Part shown: in pieces, positions 62,311-64,000 of the stretch | Numbering within the stretch: position 1 is the first letter of the stretch | Layout: each line of letters starts with the position of its first letter | Source: Candidatus Pacearchaeota archaeon | GTDB lineage: Archaea; Nanobdellota; Nanobdellia; Pacearchaeales; GW2011-AR1 | Reading direction: 5' to 3' | Assembly (NCBI GenBank): GCA_016181895.1 | Contig: JACOYL010000009.1 | Location: 3,346-67,345, forward strand | Length of the DNA stretch: 64,000 nt | Made by a program: the position numbers and the translations under genes | Notes under the pieces: generated by a model | The model's database searches: none | What the model was told of the DNA's origin: nothing | The model's input: only the letters and a program-made list of their open reading frames with translations

Positions 62311-62814
62311 TTATTTCCTTCCTTCCAAATCCAGATACGCCTTTGCCTGGTTTAGAAATTCGTCGCATTCCTCCGCAATTTTTCCCTGATACTCTTCGAC
62401 TCTGGATGGTATGACCCATTTTTCATAAACGCTTCTCAGGAATTTTCTGAAAGCGGACATTTCAAATTTTCCCTGATAATCCCTTGCAAGCACGCCTTTC
62501 ATTTTTATTTCCACCGCGCCGCGGTTTGTCTGTATTTTCACGCCGCCCTGATTTATTTCGGCTTTTGTCAAATTTGAAATCCTGAAATCAACCCTTGTTT
62601 CAAACTGGAAATAATCAGTCATTCTTTTGAAGCAAACCCACGTTATCTCGATTCCTTTCGCGTCTCCCGTCAGTTTTTCCGAATATTTTGTTTCCGAAAG
62701 TATAAGCCCTGTTTCTTCCGTGAGCCACGCATGGCAGAAATTGTAAAAATCCGTGAATGAAAAAATCCCGTTGTATCTTATCTTGCTTGAAAACACAGTG
62801 TCTTTTTCCACCAT
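62311..62814 (-). CDS. Hypothetical protein
   Basis: 167-aa ORF. No motif recognised. Confidence 0.45.
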   Translation of the reverse strand: MVEKDTVFSSKIRYNGIFSFTDFYNFCHAWLTEETGLILSETKYSEKLTGDAKGIEITWVCFKRMTDYFQFETRVDFRISNLTKAEINQGGVKIQTNRGAVEIKMKGVLARDYQGKFEMSAFRKFLRSVYEKWVIPSRVEEYQGKIAEECDEFLNQAKAYLDLEGRK

Positions 62815-62907
62815 TCAGCAACCCCCGAGGAAACATGCAAATATTTGATTTACTTTTTCTGCCATTTTAGAATTAGTGAAATTTTATTTAAATATTCTTC
62901 GGATTAT

Positions 62908-63094
62908 GGCTTTGTTTAAACAGTAATCGCTATTTAAAATTTGGCTCGCATTCTGCTCACAATTGATAAAAAAATTAACTAAAAAACAATTGGTCTTGTA
63001 TTAACCTTATTAGTAATATGCGAACCGTGCCATCGGCGTTCGAGGAGGAGCCGTTTTGTTTAATAAATCAAAATTCGGAATTCTTAAACAAAGC
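62908..63094. mobile_element. MITE-like repeat, full copy (187 bp) with GCTTTGTTTAA terminal inverted repeats
   Basis: Left 'ggctttgtttaa', right 'ttaaacaaagc'. 62908-62991 aligns at ~85% with 39624-39706. Confidence 0.6.
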
Positions 63095-63101
63095 AGAATT
63101 A

Positions 63102-63674
63102 TTACAATATATTCATGCAGCCTTCACAGAGAAGCATCCCGTTGAATTTCTGCAAAACGCTTTGCCTTCCGCAGCGTTCGCACGAGCCTTCTTCCCTTGA
63201 CATTTCCGACTCTTTTTTTTCCCTGATTCTTTTCAGTTTTTCAGATTCTTCCTTGATTTTTGCGAACTCTTCAAGCTCCGTGTAAATCTCCGGATGGAAA
63301 CTCAAAATATCCCTTACAGTTATGATTCCGACAAGCTCTTTTTTCTTCACGACGGGAAGCCTCTCGAATTTCAATTCCTTTATTTTTTTTATCGCCTCCC
63401 TTATCGTGGCTTCCGGCTTTACCGTCGCGATTTTTTTCGGGGAAATGTCAATGGCTTTTATTTTTCCCAAGTCCTCTTTCGGTTTTTTAACCAAAGCCCA
63501 TAGAATGTCCTTGTTTGTTATTATTCCGAGAAGCCTTTTTTTGTCGTCGGTTATGACGAGGCTCCCCATGTTTTTTCTTACCATGATTTTCGCGCATTCA
63601 AGCAAATTTGTATCGGGTTTGATTTTTGTGGGATTGTGGGTCATTATGTCCGAAACAAGCACTTCCTTTAACAT
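63102..63674 (-). CDS. CBS-domain pair protein with C-terminal Zn ribbon
   Basis: 'VSDIMTHNPTKIKPDTNLLECAKIMVRKNMGSLVI' and a second CBS unit. C-terminal 'CERCGRQ...CEGC'. Start set at Met17 from the TATA at ~63700-63711. Confidence 0.75.
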   Translation of the reverse strand: MLKEVLVSDIMTHNPTKIKPDTNLLECAKIMVRKNMGSLVITDDKKRLLGIITNKDILWALVKKPKEDLGKIKAIDISPKKIATVKPEATIREAIKKIKELKFERLPVVKKKELVGIITVRDILSFHPEIYTELEEFAKIKEESEKLKRIREKKESEMSREEGSCERCGRQSVLQKFNGMLLCEGCMNIL

Positions 63675-63755
63675 AAGACTCTTAAGAAAAAGGCGGTTAT
63701 ATAATTTTCTTCTGTAGAACAATAATGCTTAAAAGCCCGGTGGAAATCCCTTTTT

Positions 63756-64000
63756 ATGGATAGAGATGTTGCCAGTAAATTGGTTGAAGAATTGTCCAAA
63801 CACACTCTTATTTTTCCGATTGATGAAGACAAATTTCTTGAGATTCTAATGGTTTTAGATGTTCCGGAATCTTCAAGATTTTATCATGATATGCCTGAGA
63901 ATGAACAGATTTTAAACGAGTCTGATAGATATCATTATCTCTCTTTAAGGAGGGTTTTGAGAAACAGGAATGCGGCAAATTACAAATTATCTGGGGCAAA
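63756..64000 (+). CDS. Hypothetical protein, 5' partial (runs off the window)
   Basis: Open frame from the ATG at 63756 to the window end (81 codons, no stop): 'MDRDVASKLVEELSKHTLIFPIDEDKF...'. Confidence 0.4.
   Translation, partial: MDRDVASKLVEELSKHTLIFPIDEDKFLEILMVLDVPESSRFYHDMPENEQILNESDRYHYLSLRRVLRNRNAANYKLSGA

Noticed and set aside
1-64000. Search for CRISPR arrays, rRNA genes, integrases and transposases.
   Set aside because: The dispersed repeats are not regularly spaced short repeats with unique spacers. No rRNA-like conserved stretches and no integrase or transposase motifs were seen in any listed ORF.

Overview
AT-rich archaeal chromosome segment. The gene content suggests a small-genome, DPANN-like archaeon, but that placement is inference. 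No rRNA genes or CRISPR arrays were found.

Positions 1-35 kb hold an information-processing core, mostly on the minus strand:
- uS2, enolase and Rpo6/RpoK.
- The exosome/proteasome superoperon: Rrp42, Rrp41, Rrp4, SBDS, PsmA, Pop5.
- RNase J, an NPPY methyltransferase, Mre11-PurD-Rad50, PsmB and aCPSF1/FttA.
- A presenilin-like protease, TrmB, the CCA-adding enzyme and a GTPase-DUF2073-Zn-ribbon operon.
- One tRNA-Tyr. RtcB and an SRP RNA lie further right, inside the surface island.

This core is heavily infiltrated:
- There are six apparently intact toxin-antitoxin modules (HEPN/MNT, DUF4258/DUF2283-like, RelE, VapBC, two MazEF) plus one decayed RelE.
- Small lineage-specific ORFs are wedged, by ATGA-type start/stop overlaps, into junctions of conserved operons.
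- One MazEF cassette is flanked by a 35-bp duplication of the pop5 3' end.
- A modular MITE-like intergenic repeat family is present in at least ten full or partial copies.

Positions 35-62 kb are a cell-surface island and the most interesting candidate system. It contains an archaeal type IV filament locus with:
- a FlaI/PilB-type ATPase;
- a platform protein split into two single-domain genes;
- seven pilin-like genes with class III signal peptides, two with long leaders and one fused to a Cys-rich adhesin module.

The locus is surrounded by giant glycoprotein-like adhesins, a Cys-rich 'TNAH'-repeat protein and a secreted SNase-lamin-tail nuclease. All functional calls come from motif recognition by eye; no database search was possible.
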